64,000 bases of DNA from Methanobacteriota archaeon (GCA_963787255.1 CAWBCJ010000029.1:320001-384000); one strand, 5' to 3'; shown: positions 1 through 12,416, counted from the first letter of the stretch. Program-made: numbers and translations. Notes: generated by a model not told the origin, from the letters alone.

Positions 1-185
1 ATCTCTCTAATTGTTAAATCTATATGTTTTCTATCCTCTTTAGTCTGCGGTTCAATATTCATTTCATTTAAAACATTTTTCATATATCTAATGTAACAAC
101 TCATTCTTCATTCTCCTTTAACTCTTTTATTTATCTTGCATTATAATCTGAATCTTTATATAATTGTTTTTTTAAAATATCCCCC

Positions 186-951
186 ATGTCACTTAAAAAA
201 TATCTGCTTCCAGGAATTATTATAACAGTTTATTTTAGTTTTGGCTCTTTTTCACAGTAATCCAATCAGCTTAGATAACAATAATTCACTATTTCAGGTA
301 TCAACCATGAATTCTTTATCTGCAGGCAATTTTGATGGTAATATCAGCACTGGAGAATTGAAAATGCATGGAAATACAGGTATGGGTACTTTTAACGGTC
401 TTGACGGTGAAATGATTGAATTAAATGGAATTATTTATCAAGTAAAATCAAGCGGGGCGGTCTATGCTGTTAATGATTCTGAATTAATTCCTTTTGCCAT
501 GGTTACTTATTTTCAGGCAGATAAAATTTTAATTGTAAACAAATCAATGAACTACACCGAATTGCAGGAATATTTAAATGCTACTCTTCCTTCTAAAAAC
601 ATATCATATTCATTTAAAATTATGGGAACTTTTGATTACGTTAAGGCAAGAAGCCCCGAAGAACAATACAAACCTTACCCTAATTTAACTGAAGCACTCA
701 AGACACAAAGCATTTTTAATTTTAACGATATTAATGGAACAATGGTTGGATTTTGGTATCCTGCATCTGCAAGCAGCTTAAATCTCAATGATTATCACTT
801 TCATTTTATTGATGAAAAAAGGAATTCCGGAGGCCATGTACTGGATCTTAAATTAAAAAATGTAATAGTTGAGATTGACTACATCCCTGATATTTACCTC
901 TTTTCGCCCGAAAAAGATGATTTTATAAAATTTAATTTAACAAATAATTAA
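186..951 (+). CDS. budA: Alpha-acetolactate decarboxylase with N-terminal hydrophobic leader (apparent +1 frameshift near 230)
   Basis: ALDC motifs LFQVSTMNSL, HGNTGMGTFNGLDGEMI, YHFHF, GGHVLD. ATG at 186 gives MSLKKYLLPGIIITV and joins the 241 ORF if one T near 230 is removed. Confidence 0.85.
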
Positions 952-999
952 CATTATACATTATCTTAAAAAAAGATTTTATTTTACTTTTAACGCAAT

Positions 1000-1182
1000 T
1001 TGGATAATAGTATTGGATTTTATTTATTAGGTTACTGGCGTTATAAAGAAGATATGGAGAGAATTCCGGGTAAAGAGGCAAAAAGAAGCATATCAACCAG
1101 AGTAACCATAACCACAACTATTGCCCTTTTATTCAGTTCCTTATTATCCTTAGCCTTACTTTATCAATTCTATTCTGCCTGA
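1000..1182 (+). pseudogene. Possible fragment of a small membrane protein (DUF202/YidH-like C-terminus)
   Basis: Hydrophobic stretch, GYWRY, linker, then a second hydrophobic stretch. No clear RBS or start. Weak resemblance only. Confidence 0.25.
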
Positions 1183-1780
1183 TTCTTTTCCATAATTCGT
1201 AGTATAATTGGAATCAAAGCATAAGACAACCCGCTCCATGAAGGGCTGATAAAGGCCATTCCGATAGCCAGCAAAGAAACTGCAGGTAAAACTAAATTTA
1301 ATCTTCTTATGTTCCTTATTTCTTTGAAACTTAACTTATCCCCAATTAAATTCTTTTCTGTGGCATAATACCAGATTAAAGCCGATAAAGATCCAATTAT
1401 AAGTAAATTGATACTAAAGAATACCTGAGCAGATGTTAAATAACCATATTCTCCGGTTAAAGATGTTGAAAAAGGCACAAGTGCAACAAATAGAAGCCAT
1501 AGAATAGTTATCCATAAAAGAGACGTGTTAGCTCGTTTAATGTGGTAAAACTGGCTGTGATTAACCCTCCAAAAAATTGCAAGCAGAATGAAACTTAAAG
1601 CATAGGTAAATAACTTAGGCCCTAAACCAATTAAAATATTTTGCATGGCGGCATCAGGTACGGGATAGATCAATTGAGGAATATCAAGGTTTAAGACCAG
1701 TAAAGTCATTGCAATTGCAAATATTCCATCTACAAGAGTTTCGATACGTTTTGTGTTTTCCCAAGGGATTTTTGCGCCAT
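1170..1780 (-). CDS. TMEM175 (DUF1211) family potassium channel (apparent frameshift near 1775)
   Basis: The frame upstream of 1709 reads IPWENTKRIETLVDGIFAIAMTLLVL (TMEM175 helix 1). Also YALSFILLAIFW and LVPFSTSL. ATG at 1780 is out of frame. Confidence 0.8.
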
Positions 1781-1795
1781 TTTATCATCCAATGT

Positions 1796-2899
1796 TTATA
1801 TTTTGATTAATTCATAATCTATATTTCCCAGACCTATTTTTTCCCCGTATTTCATCTGGATGTCGCCTTCAATTTTATTATATAGTCCCTTGAATTTATC
1901 CTCTCCTTTTTCCAGATTATGTCTTAGAACTGAGCCTTTACATCCATGTTGCTCATTTACAAGGTGGTAACTTGCAGTATCCAGAGCTACGGGATCTTTT
2001 GAAGCTAATATTCCAATATCCGGAACTATTGGGGAATCACTCCATGGAACGCAGTCACAATCTGGCGTTATATCCATTAAGAAATTAATGTAACAAATCT
2101 TATTTTGTTTGTTTTTAACAGCACCATAAGCATATTCTGTCATTTTCTCAATGAAAGGCCGTATATCATTCCAATTCAAATCTATTACTGATTCAGGACA
2201 TGTTAAAAGGCAGTTGTTACATGCAATACATGCTTCATAATCAATTACAGTTTTTTCATTTTCGATATACATTGCAGAAACCGGACAGGATTTTATACAT
2301 TTACCGCAGCCAATACAGTTTTCATGAATTATTGGTTTGGCGCATTCATGTTGTTCTAATTTACCTACAGGCGATGCACATCCCATAGCAAGGTTTTTTA
2401 TAGCCCCTCCAAACCCACTCATTCCATGACCTTTAAAATGAGAGAGCACAACCATGGCATCCGATTTTTCTATATCTCCAGCAATTTTTGCTTTTTTAAA
2501 GTGCTTTAAATTGATTTCGACCTCAATTTCATTTTCTCCAGCAATTCCATCTGCAATTATTAGCGGTGCACCAGCAACGGCATAATCAAAGCCATGCATT
2601 ATAGCAGTATTTAGATGATCAACAGAGTTGTGCCTGCTGCCGTAGTAAAGGGTGTTGGTATCTGTTAAAAATGGCTTTGCTCCTGCTTTTTTCACTTGAT
2701 CAACAATTTGTCTTACAAATACTGGATTTATATAGGAATCATTTCCTTTTTCACCAAAATGAAGTTTAATTGCAGTTAGATCCTTTTTATTGAGGATATT
2801 TTCAAATTCTGCAGCTTTAAATAGTTTCTTAATTTTGCTTATTTTATTTTCTTTGCTGTTCCTTGACCTGAAATCTGAAAAATAAACCTTACTTGCCAT
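1796..2899 (-). CDS. DUF362 domain Fe-S protein with 2x[4Fe-4S] ferredoxin insert
   Basis: AIKLHFGEKGN, SHFKGHGMSGFGGAIKNLAMG, two CxxCxxCxxxCP motifs, TPDCDC, DPVALD. Confidence 0.85.
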   Translation of the reverse strand: MASKVYFSDFRSRNSKENKISKIKKLFKAAEFENILNKKDLTAIKLHFGEKGNDSYINPVFVRQIVDQVKKAGAKPFLTDTNTLYYGSRHNSVDHLNTAIMHGFDYAVAGAPLIIADGIAGENEIEVEINLKHFKKAKIAGDIEKSDAMVVLSHFKGHGMSGFGGAIKNLAMGCASPVGKLEQHECAKPIIHENCIGCGKCIKSCPVSAMYIENEKTVIDYEACIACNNCLLTCPESVIDLNWNDIRPFIEKMTEYAYGAVKNKQNKICYINFLMDITPDCDCVPWSDSPIVPDIGILASKDPVALDTASYHLVNEQHGCKGSVLRHNLEKGEDKFKGLYNKIEGDIQMKYGEKIGLGNIDYELIKI

Positions 2900-2987
2900 T
2901 TAATCACCAAAAATCTATTAATATCTAAAAAATATTTAATTTCTCTTTTAATAAGTTGCCCTGAATAAAACTTTATTTAATTAATTT

Positions 2988-3744
2988 TTACATAAAACCA
3001 TTGGAAAGCAGTAAATTCCGACTTTTTAGTATGTTATCATAGTTATTTAATTCAATTATGCCTTTATCTATTCCATTAATTAAGTTTAGATCAAATGTAC
3101 CTTCACCTAACGCTAAATGTTGGTCTTTTTCTCCATCATTATCATTTAAGTGATAATAAGCTATTCTTTTCATTTTAAAAAAGGATTCTGTATCATCACT
3201 TGTATTTGCATGTCCTGTATCAACGGTAGCATAAGAGCCAATTTCTTTAACAAAAAATTCGTGTTCTTCGGAGGAATTACAGAAATATGCATATCTATTA
3301 GGCATGTTTTCTACTGAAAATATAATTCCCCTCTCTTCTGCATAATCATTGGCTTTTCCAAGGGTTTCAATAGAATATAGCTATTCCTAAATTTCTTATT
3401 CTATCTTCAAGCCTATGTATCATTCCCGGGTGCGTTGTAATGGCTTTTGCCCCAATTTTAGAGGCAAAATCAACAGTTTCATTAAGTTGTTTTAAAGTTT
3501 CCTCTCTTATTCCAGGGTTCAGGCTTGCAGGATTAAGATCTATAGTTGGAGCGTGTAAAAAAACGTCAATGGAGTATGAATTAAATATTTCAAATTCGGT
3601 TTTATCCATTGTTAACATGTTCCGTGGCCAGTAAGGGCCTTCACACAGCATTTCCATCAGTTGGAAGCTGTCATTTGAAGCTGTTTCTAAAAATTGTTCT
3701 ATTGAGCTCATAAAAAGTGCCAGTGTAGAGAATCCTATTTTCAT
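2988..3744 (-). CDS. Sugar phosphate isomerase/epimerase (AP endonuclease 2 TIM barrel), split by frameshift near 3380
   Basis: N-part KIGFST, LHAPTIDLNPASLNPGIR, TTHPG. C-part ENMP, TVDTGHAN, YHLNDNDGEKDQHLALGEG. The two halves are in different frames. Confidence 0.8.
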
Positions 3745-3923
3745 GATAATCATTTTTATGTTTAAGATACTTCTATGAATATTTTTTGTATTTGAATACT
3801 ATACAGCTATTTTTTATTATTACATTTTTCGATATAACCAAAATCTTTATATATAAAACAGATATATCCAAAATAACTATGTCAAAATTTGATATATTCA
3901 AACAGAAGAATGGAGGTGACTTG

Positions 3924-4440
3924 ATGGATGATGAAGAAGCGCGCTTAAATAATAATTCTAATGAATCAGACTCTGAAAACGATTTTGAAGATGACGAATT
4001 AGAAAAAATGCACGAATTAATGAAAGAGCGCGATGAAATCTTTAAAAACATGTCTAAATACGAAAAAAAATTAATGAAAGGCTTAATGAGAGGTTTTGCA
4101 AACACAATGATCTTATGGCTCGTTAGCCAGAAAAGACAGCATGGATACGAAATAATGACCAAACTTCACGAATCTACACCTTACGAGAATAAAATGCCCA
4201 GTGCCAGTAAAATATATCCAGTACTGCATGATCTGGAAAAAAATGGATTAATAAAGGGATCATGGGAATATCAGGGAAAGAGAAAAGTAAAGTACTATGA
4301 AATAACTGATGAAGGTAAAGAAACACTTTCCAGGTTCAGAGTAATGGCTAAATTCGCTAAGAATGAATAAATCAAATCTCTGGTTAGAATTCATGAAGGA
4401 TATGATACTAGATAAAGATAAGGGAGATAAAAGGAGTTGA
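3924..4440 (+). CDS. PadR family transcriptional regulator with acidic N-terminal extension
   Basis: RBS GGAGGTGA at 3912. HGYEIM, SKIYPVLHDLEKNGLI, RKVKYYEITDEG. The TAA at 4368 is probably caused by a +1 insertion; the coding-like frame continues to TGA 4440. Confidence 0.85.
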
Positions 4441-4444
4441 ATTT

Positions 4445-5546
4445 ATGAAATACGCTATAGAAACATTCAATCTTACAAAACAATACGACGACTTTATGGC
4501 TGTCGACTCTCTTGACATGAAAATTCGGGATAAGACAATATTCGGATTTTTAGGTCCAAATGGTGCTGGGAAAACAACCACCATAAAAATGCTTACCTGT
4601 TTAATCTTTCCAACAGGAGGAACAGCTAGTGTTGCAGGATATGACGTTTTAAAAAATCCTAACGAAGTTAGGCAAAAAATAGGAATGGTACCTCAGCTTG
4701 TTAGTTTATATGGTGACCTTACAGTCAAAGAAAATGTATATCTCTGTGCAGATTTCTATGGACTTTCAAGTGATCTTAAAGAAAGTAGGGCAGATGAATT
4801 GATGGAAATGGTTGATATAAAATATGCTGAAAATAAACTTGTTAAACAGCTTTCTGGAGGTATGAAACAGAAAGCTTCAGTAGTTGCAAGTTTAATACAC
4901 CAGCCAGATATATTATTTTTAGATGAGCCTACGATTGGTTTAGATCCAACAACTAAAAGAGTATTGTGGGATTTAGTCGAAGAATTAAACTCTGAAGGGC
5001 GTACCATAATTCTGTGTTCTCACGACATGTATGAAGTTGAACTGCTATGTGATGATGTGGGAATAATAAATCAAGGGAAGCTTGCTGCATTTGATACTCC
5101 ACAAGGGCTCAAAGATACTATGATTAAAGAAATTAAAGACGAGAAAACACCAGAAGATTCCAAGGTTTCTGAAGTAATAGAAAAAATACTCGAGGAAACT
5201 GATCCAGAGAATAAAAAAGCTGTTGAATATATAAAGGACAGTATGGGAAATAATGACCCTGATTTAAAAGAATTAAGCGTTATGATAAGTAATAAGGATG
5301 AAAAAATGCTGGATCATCTTAATAACTTACCTATAGTCTATGATGTCGACAGAACACGTATCAGGCAGGATTACTATGGATATAGAAGATTCAGATGAAG
5401 CAGTAACTCAAGTCATATCCGACATAATTGAACATGGAGGCAATATCACTTCTATAGCCACAAAAGACCCTTCCTTAGAAGACGTTTTTATGAGAGTTAC
5501 CTCTAAAAAGAAAGAAAAAGAAGGTGTAGATGATGGTGGAAACTAA
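4445..5546 (+). CDS. ABC-2 exporter ATP-binding subunit (frameshift near 5348)
   Basis: Walker A GPNGAGKTT, LSGGMKQK signature, ILFLDEPT, H-loop CSHDM. C-terminal PSLEDVF motif is in the next frame. Confidence 0.9.
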
Positions 5547-6740
5547 AAAAATCATGTGGATGTTTAAAAAAGACCTACTGGTCTTATGGAGACATAAACC
5601 ACGTTTAATTTCAATACTTCTCTTCCCCATAATCATGATAACCCTCTTCGGTTACGGTATGGGCGGAACATTAGAAAATATTCCAGTAGTTGTAGTTGAA
5701 CAGAGCCACGGCCAGGTAACAGATGCTACCCTTAACTGCAATGAAAGGGATGAGTCTGTATGATATTAAAGAAATAACAACGGATCCGGATAAAGCAAAA
5801 CAAATGGTTCAAAATGGGCAAGTTAAGGCTGCAATAATTTTACCGGCCAATTATGACAATTTACAGGATACAAAACCAAAAAGCGTGGTAATTGATGTTG
5901 ATTCTTCGGATCAAATGGCAACAAGTGCAGTTGTTCCGGCTACGCAGGCATTATTTAATCAAATAAATAATCAACTGGGAATGCAAAAGCTTCAAGCTAT
6001 GAATTTAACACCTTCCAGTTCTGCTGCAGCATCTACTATACAAGTCCAGCAAAATCAGGTTCAAGCACAACAACAGCCACTTAATTTCCAGAACATAATG
6101 AATACAATCAATTTCCAGATAAATAAAATGTATGGAGATATTAAATACATAGACTTCCTGGTACCTGCTATAATTGGTATGACTGTTCTATTTGGTTGTA
6201 TGTTCGGAATGGGAGAAGTCATTAGCAGGTGAAAGAGAACGAGGAGAACTTGCAAGGCTATTTATGACACCAACAAGTGTTGCAACTGTGGTCGGTGGTA
6301 AAATAATTTCTAAAGTGACTGTAGAAATTGTAAGAGCCATAATATTAATTGGAGCAGCCATAGTTCTATTTGGAATTGCAATAAATGGAAGTATGGCTCT
6401 TACACTTCTGGTTCTGGCACTAGGAGCATTGTGTTTTGTAGGTTTTGGAATAATGGTATCTGCAAGGGTTTCAACACAGGAAGACTACATGCAGATGGTA
6501 ATGCCAATTACAATGCCTATGATGTTCGTATCCGGAGTATTCTACCCAATTGAGACAATGCCGTGGATATTCCAAAAACTTGCTTACATCCTGCCATTAA
6601 CTTACGTAAATGACGCTCTAAGAGCTGTAATGTTAAAAGGAGTAGGCATTGGGGCTATATGGATAGATATAGTGGTGCTTTTAGGGTTTACAGCACTGTT
6701 CTTTGCACTGGGAGTTACTAGATTCAACAGAGATATTTAA
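5530..6740 (+). CDS. ABC-2 type exporter permease (frameshifts near 5730 and 6218)
   Basis: Three overlapping ORFs make one permease: LLFPIIMITLFGY, YIDFLVPAIIG, GERERGELARLFMTP, FVSGVFYPIETMP, PLTYVNDALR. Confidence 0.85.
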
Positions 6741-6778
6741 AAATAAAAATAGTTTTTTTCATTTAAAGGTGATTAAAA

Positions 6779-8024
6779 ATGATAAATAAAAAGAATATAT
6801 TGATTGGATTTGTCATAATGTGCCTGTTAGCCGGCCCGGTTTCAATAGCACCAGTTTCGGCGCAGGATTGGAACATGTTTCATGCCAATCTGGATCATAC
6901 CGGATATTTAGATGAAGCAGCAGACTTTACTCCAGAAACATGGCTTTTTAAAGTTCAAGGAGCTATACAATCATCCCCTGCAATTGCAGATAAAACATTG
7001 TACTTTGGTTCTACAAACGGAACATTCTATGCTTTAAATTTGGATGATGGTACAAGAGTATGGACTTATAATACTGGAGGAAGCATAATATCTTCTCCTA
7101 TTGTTAACGGTGATAATGTATACTTCGGTTCCATGGACAATTACTTCTATGCTTTAAACAAGAAGAATGGAGATTCTGTATGGAAATATAAAACAGGAAA
7201 TGCCATTGAATCTTCGCCAGCAATAGATAATGGAGTGATTTATGTTGGTGCAAATGATAATCGTTTATATGCTATAACTGCCAGACGATGGTACAATGAA
7301 ATGGGAATTTGAAAGTGGAAATGCCATAAAATCAGCGCCATCTGTTTACAATGGAAATGTGTACTTTGGATCAGATGATGGAAAAATTTATTCAGTAAAA
7401 ACAAGTAATGGTGCAAAGGTATGGGAATTTGACACTGGAAATGCTGTAAAATCCTCTCCTGCAATTAAGGACAATGTATTATACGAAGGTACAGATAATG
7501 GAGTATTTTATGCATTAAATACAAATGATGGATCAGTTAAATGGTCTTACAACTTTGGAGATCCTGTTAAATCTTCACCACTTCTTGATTCAAATGATAA
7601 CAGCCTGTTTATAGGTGCTGATAACGGCAATATAACCTGTCTAGACATGAGAGATGGAAAGCTAAAATGGTCAGCAAATGTAGGAGATGTCAAATCAACT
7701 CCCGCACTAATGGGAGACAACATTGTTGTCAGTTCAGACAGTGGAACAGTCTACGTATTAAATAAGTTCAGCGGTAAAGAAGATTGGAGTTATGCACCAG
7801 GATATTATCTGTTCAATGCACCATTTACTTCATCACCAGCAGTATATGGAGATGACATCTATGTAGGTGGCGGTGATGGATATATGTATGCTCTGGACGA
7901 CGAGAAAAAAGGAGGTCCAACTTCAGAGAACCTTTACTACATAGTGGGAATAGTTGCTGTAATAGTAATAGCACTAATAGCATTTAGAGTGTTTAGAATG
8001 CGTAGAAAGAAGAAAGAAGAATAA
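6779..8024 (+). CDS. Membrane-anchored PQQ-like/BamB-like beta-propeller surface protein (frameshift near 7282)
   Basis: Signal peptide, repeated SSP...YFGS.DG..YALN...G...W units, C-terminal TM helix and basic tail RMRRKKKEE. Confidence 0.85.
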
Positions 8025-8033
8025 ATCTGTAAA

Positions 8034-8054
8034 AGATGGAATTTATTTCCATCT
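8034..8054 (+). terminator. Hairpin plus T-tract after the PadR-ABC-propeller operon
   Basis: AGATGGAA-tttat-TTCCATCT followed by a T-rich run. Confidence 0.5.
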
Positions 8055-8191
8055 AATTTCTTTTTAAATACATAATTTTATTATTATGAAAATCTTTTTT
8101 GGAAATTTAAAATCAAATATAAATTAATTCTATTAATTAAAATAGAAAATGAAACCTTTTTGGTTTCAATTTGGAGCTATTTCACTGAATA

Positions 8192-8464
8192 TTATTTGCA
8201 AAGCTGAATTTCAATAGCTGAAACATTTGTTGATGTTCCTTCGCTGCTTAAGATTTCTTCTGTACATATATCTATAGATCCTAGTTCTACGTCTGTTATA
8301 AACCTATTTCTGACTATTTCAGCAACGTCGACTGCTCTACTAATAGCTCTTCCACGTGCCTTTAAAATAACTTCGTTATTTCCGCCGTTCATTTGAGTTA
8401 CGACAGCTAATACATAGTTCATTACGGGTTTATTTCCAATGTATACAACATTTTCCTCTGACAT
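8192..8464 (-). CDS. albA: Alba (Sac10b family) chromatin/RNA-binding protein
   Basis: [44 protein letters not shown] precedes the start at 8464. Confidence 0.95.
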   Translation of the reverse strand: MSEENVVYIGNKPVMNYVLAVVTQMNGGNNEVILKARGRAISRAVDVAEIVRNRFITDVELGSIDICTEEILSSEGTSTNVSAIEIQLCK

Positions 8465-8782
8465 CACTTTAACCTCCAAAGAATAACCATGCTAATTGGT
8501 TTATAATATTATTATAATCTTTCAATTAATATGATATATATAATTTATGTTTTGTATACTTTCATTTCTGACTTCAGGCAACTTAAAAAATGAATAATTT
8601 TCGTTATTTCTGATTAAAATTTAATTTAGCCATTAATAAATAGAATTGAAGCAATATATGAAGATATTAGGAAGTATAAATCCTTAAAATGTAATAAAAT
8701 TAATTAATAAATTAACTAGTATTAATAATATTAATTGAGTTTACAAACGTGAGGTCAATAAATTGAAATATTTAGTTAAGGT

Positions 8783-9544
8783 TTATTCAGCAATATTTGT
8801 AAAAACTAAGACTAAATCATTGATTTTTCCTGTTTCATTTTTAATTGGAATTACGCTTCCATCCACTGGCACTTCTTTCCCATCTTTAGAAGTGATTATT
8901 ATATTTTTAAAGCGTCCTGCCCTAAAATTGTTTGGATCCTGAGTTAATTCTGATTTATCTTCACTAAATCCCGTAAATATTTCATCCAGACTTTCTCCAA
9001 TTGCATCCATCTTAATCCAGCCAGTTACTTCCTCAGCCATGTTGTTAATTAATTTAATCTGTCCATTAGCATCGGTTATAATAACCGCGTCCCTTACGCT
9101 TTTAAGTATTGCTGAAAGCCACTGTTCGTGTTCTCTTAACCTTCTTTCAATTTTATGCCGATAAAGTGTAATTTCAATGGCAGTATTTAATTCACTCTCT
9201 TCAAAAGACTTATGAATAAATCCAAATGGTTCTTTAAGGATATAACCTGAAGGTTCAGTTATTTTAGCTCTTTGAACTGTACTAGAATCAGAATATGCAG
9301 TTAAATAAATTACAGGTATGCCTAAACGTTCCCTGATCTGTTCTGCCGCGTCTATACCGTCCATTTCACCTTCAAGCCTAATATCCATTAAAACAAGATC
9401 CGGATGAATCTCTCCTGCCTTTTTAATTGCATCTTCACCCGAATATACCACTGCAGGTACTTTATAACCCAAACTTATAAGCCCGTTCTTTATGTCCTCT
9501 GCTGTAATCCGCTCATCTTCAACAACCAGAATTTTTGCACCCAT
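8783..9544 (-). CDS. Response regulator: receiver domain plus PAS domain
   Basis: KILVVEDE, DLVLMDI, VIYLTAY receiver motifs. DAVIITDANG, NNMAEEVTGW PAS motifs. Confidence 0.85.
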   Translation of the reverse strand: MGAKILVVEDERITAEDIKNGLISLGYKVPAVVYSGEDAIKKAGEIHPDLVLMDIRLEGEMDGIDAAEQIRERLGIPVIYLTAYSDSSTVQRAKITEPSGYILKEPFGFIHKSFEESELNTAIEITLYRHKIERRLREHEQWLSAILKSVRDAVIITDANGQIKLINNMAEEVTGWIKMDAIGESLDEIFTGFSEDKSELTQDPNNFRAGRFKNIIITSKDGKEVPVDGSVIPIKNETGKINDLVLVFTNIAE

Positions 9545-9640
9545 AATAAACCATCTCTGCAAATATGCAATTTATTTTATTATTTGCACTTATTATGATT
9601 TTACCGTCCTAAATGTTTAAATTTAATTGATAAATATTCC

Positions 9641-11158
9641 TTATCTCAAGATAAGTATCTTGTTTATCGAATCTAGAACCGCTTCTACACTGGCCAGGAC
9701 TATATCCTCTGTTGTTGACCTTCCTGTTGCACGATTTCCCTTCATATCCCCCATTATAACAAAGACCTCTGCAAGAGCATTAGTTCCCCCAGTTATAGCC
9801 TCAATATTATACTCTTGAAGTTCAATATCTGCTGTTTCACCAACAACACTTTGGATAGCGTTTATTGCGGCGTCTACAGGTCCCACTCCAGTTTTAGCAG
9901 CTGTTTTGGTTTCTCCGTCGATTTTAAGCTTTACAGTTGCTGTAGGCATCACGCTGTTTCCAGTCATAACTGAAAAACCTTCAAGTTTTACGATCTCTTC
10001 TTTGGCCTTTCCAAGCACGCTTTCAGCTAAAGCTTTTAAATCAGCATCAGTAACACATTTACCCTTATCTCCAAGGGATTTAACCTGATTATAAACTTTT
10101 TTAAACTGTTTATCTGTTAATTCTATCCCATATTCATCGAGTTTAGCTTTAATGGCATTTGCACCCGTATGTTTTCCTAAAACAATTCTTCTGGTGTGCC
10201 CTACTATTTCAGGAGTTATGGGCTCGTATGTTTCCGCCTTTGCAAGCACTCCGTGAACGTGAATTCCTGCCTCGTGTGCAAAAGCATTTTCACCTACTAT
10301 AGCTTTGTTTGGGGGCATTTTTACTCCAGTAATTCTTGAAACAAATTGGGAAAGATTTACCAGATTTTCAGTTTTAATATCCATTTTAATTCCATATTCT
10401 GTGATTAAAGCCATCACAACTTCTTCTAATGATGCATTTCCTGCCCGTTCCCCTAGCCCATTAATAGTTGCATGAACTTGATTAGCACCAGCCTCTACTG
10501 ACACCAGTGAATTGGCTACTGCAAGTCCAAAGTCATCATGGCAGTGAACACTTATGGGAATGTTTAAATGCTCATTAAGATTAGTTATCAACCATTTCAT
10601 TGATGTTGGTACCATAACTCCAACAGTATCTGGCACATTAATGTAATCAGCGCCAGCATCTTCAACTGCTTTATATATTTCTTTAAGATAATCAAACTCT
10701 GTTCTTGTGGCGTCTTCTGCTGAAAATTCTGCTATTATTCCATGATCTTTTATGTACTCCACAGCATCTACGGATTTGCTTAAAATTTCTTCTTTACTCA
10801 TTTTAAGCTTGAATTCTCTGTGAAGTGGTGAAGTACCAATAAACGTATGTATATAGTCAACATCGCAGTCTAGTGCAGCGTCTAGATCTCCCTTTAAAGG
10901 TCTTGCCAAACCACAAATTTGGGCTTCTAGTCCCAGTTTTAGAATTTCACGAGCTGCTTCTTTTTCACCGCTTGAAGCTGCGGGGAATCCTGCCTCTATT
11001 ACATTTACACCAAGTTCATCAAGTCTTTTTGCAATTCGTATCTTTTCATCCACCGTTATTGCAACGCCTGGTGTCTGTTCTCCATCTCTTAGTGTCGTGT
11101 CGAATATTCTTACCGTTTCCGGTAGATTCATCGTTTCTTTCACTTTTTCTATGTACAT
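9641..11158 (-). CDS. leuA: 2-isopropylmalate synthase
   Basis: [32 protein letters not shown], and C-terminal regulatory domain GVGPVDA. The N-terminal extension fits archaeal LeuA better than CimA. Confidence 0.8.
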   Translation of the reverse strand: MYIEKVKETMNLPETVRIFDTTLRDGEQTPGVAITVDEKIRIAKRLDELGVNVIEAGFPAASSGEKEAAREILKLGLEAQICGLARPLKGDLDAALDCDVDYIHTFIGTSPLHREFKLKMSKEEILSKSVDAVEYIKDHGIIAEFSAEDATRTEFDYLKEIYKAVEDAGADYINVPDTVGVMVPTSMKWLITNLNEHLNIPISVHCHDDFGLAVANSLVSVEAGANQVHATINGLGERAGNASLEEVVMALITEYGIKMDIKTENLVNLSQFVSRITGVKMPPNKAIVGENAFAHEAGIHVHGVLAKAETYEPITPEIVGHTRRIVLGKHTGANAIKAKLDEYGIELTDKQFKKVYNQVKSLGDKGKCVTDADLKALAESVLGKAKEEIVKLEGFSVMTGNSVMPTATVKLKIDGETKTAAKTGVGPVDAAINAIQSVVGETADIELQEYNIEAITGGTNALAEVFVIMGDMKGNRATGRSTTEDIVLASVEAVLDSINKILILR

Positions 11159-11486
11159 AATATTTCTCCTTTTGGTTTGGCAATTAGGATAAGGATTTCT
11201 ATTTACTTATTTAATGAATTGTTATATTTTCATCAGATTTATAAATTCAGGTTTTTTTAAACTCCTTATTATCAGATTTAGTATTTTAATTAGCTAATTT
11301 TAAACAATAAATGTTTTTTTTAAGAGCTTTTTCAAATTAAATGCCTAAAAGTTTTTCGTCAGTTATTTAATTGATATATTTTAAATATTTTAATGAGTAT
11401 TTAGAAATCCTGTATACATTGTATTTGGAGTACTTTAATAAAAAAATATGGATATAAATTTATTTAACTACATGTAATCCATAAAA

Positions 11487-12278
11487 TTATGCGCCTATGC
11501 TGAGGCTCAAGAAATTTCTCAAACCCGGAGCAAGCCCCAAAATAAATATTGCAAGCTTTAACATATTTTTAATAGTATTATCATCAATATATTCATCTAT
11601 AACATAGAGTGCTGCTAAAATTACAACTATTTTTAGGGGAAACATTACAAATGCAGTTCCGGCAAGGCCCGTAAGCGCATTTGGAAGAACGTGCTGCTCG
11701 CCATATCCATAAAAGTCGACAGCAACAAATGTAGATGATGCATCGAATAAATGGGCCAAAAGTGCGCTTAAGTTAAGTTTATTCTTTAATAAATCCCATT
11801 TATTTCTTAAAAGCACGAAAATTGAAGATACAACTGCCCATGCACCTATAACTTCAAAGAATGCAATCCAATTAATGTGATTTATGTATAAAATATTAGG
11901 AATGCATAAAATAACTCCCATAATAAGCATTAGATGCTTGTAATCAAATTTAGTCTTCTTTTCAATGTAAATTGATATAAATAACGCTGCTATTGTTGCA
12001 ATACCTGTTAATATATAAATTCCCGGAGTAACTAGCCATAATGTGAGTGGATAAATTCCATTATCTACTAGGGCTCTTGCGCTTGATCCAAAGAATATAA
12101 AAGGAATTATTGGAATTAAAAGATCTGCAGGGTCCTTTTTAATGTATTTAAACATTTTTATAACCAATATCACTGCAATTCCAAGTATAATTCCAAAAAC
12201 TATGGTATTAAACAGCGTATACCCTGGATGTAGGTAAAGAAAGTTATCCTGAATGAATTGTGAAATTGAATCTAGCAT
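11487..12278 (-). CDS. DUF63 family archaeal membrane protein
   Basis: GYTLFNTIVFG, RALVD, LVTPGIY, AHLFDASST, YGEQHVL, LGLAPGLRN. Confidence 0.75.
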   Translation of the reverse strand: MLDSISQFIQDNFLYLHPGYTLFNTIVFGIILGIAVILVIKMFKYIKKDPADLLIPIIPFIFFGSSARALVDNGIYPLTLWLVTPGIYILTGIATIAALFISIYIEKKTKFDYKHLMLIMGVILCIPNILYINHINWIAFFEVIGAWAVVSSIFVLLRNKWDLLKNKLNLSALLAHLFDASSTFVAVDFYGYGEQHVLPNALTGLAGTAFVMFPLKIVVILAALYVIDEYIDDNTIKNMLKLAIFILGLAPGLRNFLSLSIGA

Positions 12279-12416
12279 AGACTTAATAGAAATTCAGACA
12301 ATTTAAGCTTAACTATGCAATTAACATGATAAAAAACACATATTTATAAGTCTTTTTTGCTAAATAGAATAATTAAATTAAATATCATGAAAAAAAGGTT
12401 AATTAATGATTAAATT

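Noticed and set aside
8783-9544. Orphan REC-PAS response regulator without an adjacent kinase
   Set aside because: Such regulators are numerous and dispersed in Methanobacterium-type genomes; nothing distinctive here.
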